This document shows positions 60,958 through 64,000 of a DNA stretch of 64,000 bases, piece after piece. The position numbers and the translations under genes are program-made. Position 1 is the stretch's first letter. Each line of letters starts with the position of its first letter. The notes below the pieces were generated by a model. It did no database searches and was not told the DNA's origin. It saw nothing but the letters and a program-made list of their open reading frames with translations. Source of the DNA: Deltaproteobacteria bacterium (lineage in GTDB: Bacteria; Myxococcota_A; Polyangia; Fen-1088); assembly GCA_033763315.1 (NCBI GenBank), contig JANRKS010000031.1, positions 32,001-96,000 on the forward strand, in the 5' to 3' direction.

Positions 60958-61712
60958 GTGCAGCAGCAGACGTGGTCAACGACTTTGTGCTTTCTGTCGA
61001 AGGACTCACCGTTTCGTTTGATGGCTTCAAAGCCGTGGACGACTTGTCGTTTTACATAGAGCGTGACGAGGTGCGCGCCATCATCGGACCCAACGGCGCC
61101 GGCAAGACGACGGTGCTCGACCTTATATCAGGACGCACACGGGCCTCGCGCGGCAGCGTGACTTTTTCAGGCAAGGAGCTGACGTCAATGCGCGAACACG
61201 AAATTGTCCGCGCTGGCGTCGGTCGAAAATTTCAAACCCCTTCGGTGTTTGAGTCGCTCACCGTGTTTGAGAACCTTGAGATGTCGTATCCGTCCGGCCG
61301 CGGCGCGCTCACAGCATGGGCCTTCAGGCGGACACCAAAGGTCATCGCGAAGGTGGAGGAGATCGCGGAACTGATCGACATGAAGGATCGCCTCTCTGAG
61401 GAGGCGGGCCAACTAAGCCATGGTCAAAAGCAATGGCTGGAGATCGGCATGCTGCTTATCCAAGAGCCGATGTTGATGATGCTGGATGAGCCGGTGGCCG
61501 GCATGAGTGTGGGCGAGCGTGAACGCACCGCCCTGTTGCTCAAGCGCATCAGCAAGGGCCGCGCCCTGCTGGTTGTCGAGCACGATATGGAGTTTGTGGC
61601 GCAGATCGCGAACCGTGTGACGGTTCTTCACCAAGGCAAATGGCTGGCCGAAGGAAGGATGGAAACTGTGCAACAAGACCCGAAGGTCATCGAGGTCTAT
61701 CTCGGCCACTAG
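60954..61712 (+). CDS. urtD: Urea/amide ABC transporter ATPase
   Basis: VSFDGFKA; GPNGAGKT; GRKFQTP; LSHGQKQWLEIGM; LDEPVAG; VYLG. Confidence 0.94.
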   Translation: MSAAADVVNDFVLSVEGLTVSFDGFKAVDDLSFYIERDEVRAIIGPNGAGKTTVLDLISGRTRASRGSVTFSGKELTSMREHEIVRAGVGRKFQTPSVFESLTVFENLEMSYPSGRGALTAWAFRRTPKVIAKVEEIAELIDMKDRLSEEAGQLSHGQKQWLEIGMLLIQEPMLMMLDEPVAGMSVGERERTALLLKRISKGRALLVVEHDMEFVAQIANRVTVLHQGKWLAEGRMETVQQDPKVIEVYLGH

Positions 61713-61737
61713 GATTGGCCACGAAGGAAGGCGAACG

Positions 61738-62436
61738 GTGGAAACGCAATTGTTGAAAGTGGACGGTATCAAAGTTGGGTACGGGCAAAGCGAGGTGATT
61801 CCGCAGCTGTCGTTTGGCGTGAGCACCAACGAGATCGTTGCCATCATGGGCCGCAACGGCATGGGCAAAACCACTTTGTTCAAAGCGCTGATGGGAATCT
61901 TACCCGCGCGCGCCGGCACGATCGTTCTTGGCGGCAAAGACGTCACCAAAGCCGAGCCGTTCGAGCGGGTAGGAGCTGGGATCGCCTATGTGCCGCAAGG
62001 TCGCATGATCTTCCCAACGCTAACGGTTGAAGACAACATAAAAACGGGACTGCGGACGGCGAAGGAAGGGATTTCTCCCAAGATCTACGAGATCTTCCCT
62101 GTGCTTAAAGAGATGCGGCATCGCCGCGGTGGCAACCTTTCCGGTGGCCAACAACAGCAGCTGGCGATTGCGCGTGCCTTGGCCAGCAACCCGAAAGTCT
62201 TGCTGCTTGATGAGCCTACAGAAGGCATCCAGCCTTCCATCATAAAGGAACTGGCGGAGGTGCTTAAGCGCATTCGCACTGAACAAGGCCTGACCATCGT
62301 TGTGTCAGAGCAGGTCCTCAGCTTTGCCATGTCGGTGGCCGATCGCTTGCTGGTGCTCGACCGGGGCCGCGTGGTTCACGAGAGCCCGCGTGAAGCCGTT
62401 GACGTTGCCAGCATGGGCCGCTTGCTTTCGATTTGA
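61738..62436 (+). CDS. urtE: Urea/amide ABC transporter ATPase
   Basis: GRNGMGKT; YVPQGR; LSGGQQQQLAI; LDEPTEGIQPS. Confidence 0.94.
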   Translation: METQLLKVDGIKVGYGQSEVIPQLSFGVSTNEIVAIMGRNGMGKTTLFKALMGILPARAGTIVLGGKDVTKAEPFERVGAGIAYVPQGRMIFPTLTVEDNIKTGLRTAKEGISPKIYEIFPVLKEMRHRRGGNLSGGQQQQLAIARALASNPKVLLLDEPTEGIQPSIIKELAEVLKRIRTEQGLTIVVSEQVLSFAMSVADRLLVLDRGRVVHESPREAVDVASMGRLLSI

Positions 62437-62476
62437 ACCCACCTAACACCAAACCAAAATCTGCGGGGGAGGATAT

Positions 62477-63664
62477 ATGCCAAAGACGCTTTTCAAAGTT
62501 GACCTTACAAAGCCAATGTCGCAACAGGATCTTCCAGGTCACAACCGATGGCACCCTGATATTCCGGCGGTGGTGTCCGTTAAGCCGGGCGAGACCTTTC
62601 GCATCGAATGCAAAGACTGGACGGACGGGCAGATCAAATACAGCGCAGATCCTTCAGATGTGCGTGACGTAAAGCTCTCGGTGGTGCACGTCCTTAGCGG
62701 CCCCATTCACGTGGAGGGCGCCGAGCCGGGCGACATCTTGGTTGTGGATCTGCTGGATGTAGGCACGATGCCGGGCGACGAGTGGGGCTTCACAGGCATC
62801 TTCGAACGCGAAAACGGTGGCGGCTTTCTCACAGATCACTACCCCAAAGCGGCCAAGGCGGTGTGGGATCTGCAAGGGATCTATGCAAGTTCGCCGCAGA
62901 TACCTGGTGTCAAGTTCGCCGGCATCCCTCACCCAGGCCTCATAGGATGTGCGCCGTCGCATGAACTGCTGGCCACGTGGAATAAGCGCGAAAAAGCGTT
63001 GGTCGATAGCGGCGGGCCGGTGTGGAAGCCAAAAATTCCGCCGTTGGCTGAACTACCAAACCCTGAAAACGCTGTGCTTGGCACCTTGAAGGGAGCCGAC
63101 TTTGATCGCGTCGCATCGGAAGGGGCACGTACGGTGCCACCGCGCGAACATGGGGGCAACTGCGATATCAAGAACCTTTCTAAAGGATCAAAGATCTATT
63201 TCCCCGTTTACGTCAAAGGCGCCAAGCTTTCCATGGGCGACATTCACTTCTCCCAAGGTGACGGCGAGATCTCATTTTGCGGTGCCATAGAGATGTCCGG
63301 CTATCTCGATCTGCACGTCGACATCATCAAAGGCGGCATGGCGAAATACGCAATGATGAATCCGATCTTCAAGCCGGGCCCTGTCGAGCCTCGCTACTCG
63401 GAATACTTGGTGTTTGAGGGCATCTCCGTAGATGAATTTACCGGCCAGCAGTACTACCTCGACGCCCACGTCGCGTACCGGCGCGCCTGCTTGAATGCGA
63501 TTGAATACCTAAAGAAGTTCGGCTTCACAGGCGAACAGGCGTACTTGCTGCTTTCGTGTGCACCGATCGAAGGGCGCATCAGTGGCGTGGTGGACATTCC
63601 GAACGCGTGCGCCACGCTCGCGTTGCCAACCGCAATCTTCGATAAGCCCATCTTGCCGGTGTGA
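62477..63664 (+). CDS. fmdA: Formamidase (acetamidase/formamidase family)
   Basis: HNRWHPDIP; DWTDGQI; PPREHGGNCD; GDIHFSQGDGE; VDIPNAC; GGAGG RBS. Confidence 0.95.
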   Translation: MPKTLFKVDLTKPMSQQDLPGHNRWHPDIPAVVSVKPGETFRIECKDWTDGQIKYSADPSDVRDVKLSVVHVLSGPIHVEGAEPGDILVVDLLDVGTMPGDEWGFTGIFERENGGGFLTDHYPKAAKAVWDLQGIYASSPQIPGVKFAGIPHPGLIGCAPSHELLATWNKREKALVDSGGPVWKPKIPPLAELPNPENAVLGTLKGADFDRVASEGARTVPPREHGGNCDIKNLSKGSKIYFPVYVKGAKLSMGDIHFSQGDGEISFCGAIEMSGYLDLHVDIIKGGMAKYAMMNPIFKPGPVEPRYSEYLVFEGISVDEFTGQQYYLDAHVAYRRACLNAIEYLKKFGFTGEQAYLLLSCAPIEGRISGVVDIPNACATLALPTAIFDKPILPV

Positions 63665-63671
63665 GCCATCG

Positions 63672-63959
63672 ATGCCGCTTTACGAATACCACTGCAAACC
63701 GTGCGGCGATTTCTCAGCCATGCGTCCGATGGCGGAATCGGCCCTGCCGTCACCATGCCCCGCTTGTGGCAAGGCCGCAGAGCGCATACTGTCGGCCACT
63801 TTCGGCGGCGACTCGCGCCGTCAAAAGCGTTCGCATAGCCGTGAGCCGAGACTTGTGCGACGCTCACCCGTTGCGGAGATGCCAAGCAAGAAATCGACGC
63901 CGGAGAAGAAAGCCAAACGACCTCACCACCACGGTCGACCGTGGATGATGGGCCATTGA
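63672..63959 (+). CDS. fmdB: FmdB-family zinc-ribbon regulatory protein
   Basis: MPLYEYHCKPCG...CPACG; C-terminal RPWMMGH; directly follows fmdA. Confidence 0.9.
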   Translation: MPLYEYHCKPCGDFSAMRPMAESALPSPCPACGKAAERILSATFGGDSRRQKRSHSREPRLVRRSPVAEMPSKKSTPEKKAKRPHHHGRPWMMGH

Positions 63960-63965
63960 CACAAG

Positions 63966-64000
63966 CGGTGGCGCCTACGCCAGCGGGCGCCGCCGTTCTT
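63966..64000 (+). terminator. Probable intrinsic terminator after fmdB
   Basis: CGGTGGCGCC...GGCGCCGCCG stem followed by TTCTT at the window edge. Confidence 0.5.

Overview
A GC-rich, gene-dense bacterial window. Its content points to a Myxococcota/Polyangia-like genome (inference): five Hanks-type Ser/Thr kinases, an FHA sigma-54 activator, a myxobacterial-type sigma-70 factor, Gly-linker lipoproteins and three DUF1592/DUF1552 pairs. From left to right it carries: (1) an RND efflux operon running into an atypical SAM methyltransferase and a DTW-domain fusion; (2) a lipoprotein/TPR/kinase/FHA-EBP signalling operon; (3) two cytochrome c (DUF1592-type) + Tat DUF1552 cassettes; (4) ggt and purL; (5) a kinase fused to a periplasmic ligand-binding domain, and a SASA esterase; (6) a second kinase/TPR-PEGA module with an EGF/Gly-rich protein; (7) a cytochrome c, a beta-propeller, an ABC exporter, an Hpt protein and a kinase-TolB propeller; (8) a third DUF1592/DUF1552 cassette coupled to two exported LRR proteins; (9) DoxX, sthA and a Burkholderiales-like glyA under a ZMP/ZTP riboswitch; (10) an unexplained ~150-220 nt structured element; (11) a sigma factor/zinc-finger kinase pair; (12) a YdeP/FdhF-family oxidoreductase and an urtABCDE-fmdA-fmdB amide uptake/formamidase operon. 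No rRNA, tRNA, CRISPR array, integrase or transposase was seen. All family calls come from motif recognition by eye; no searches were run.
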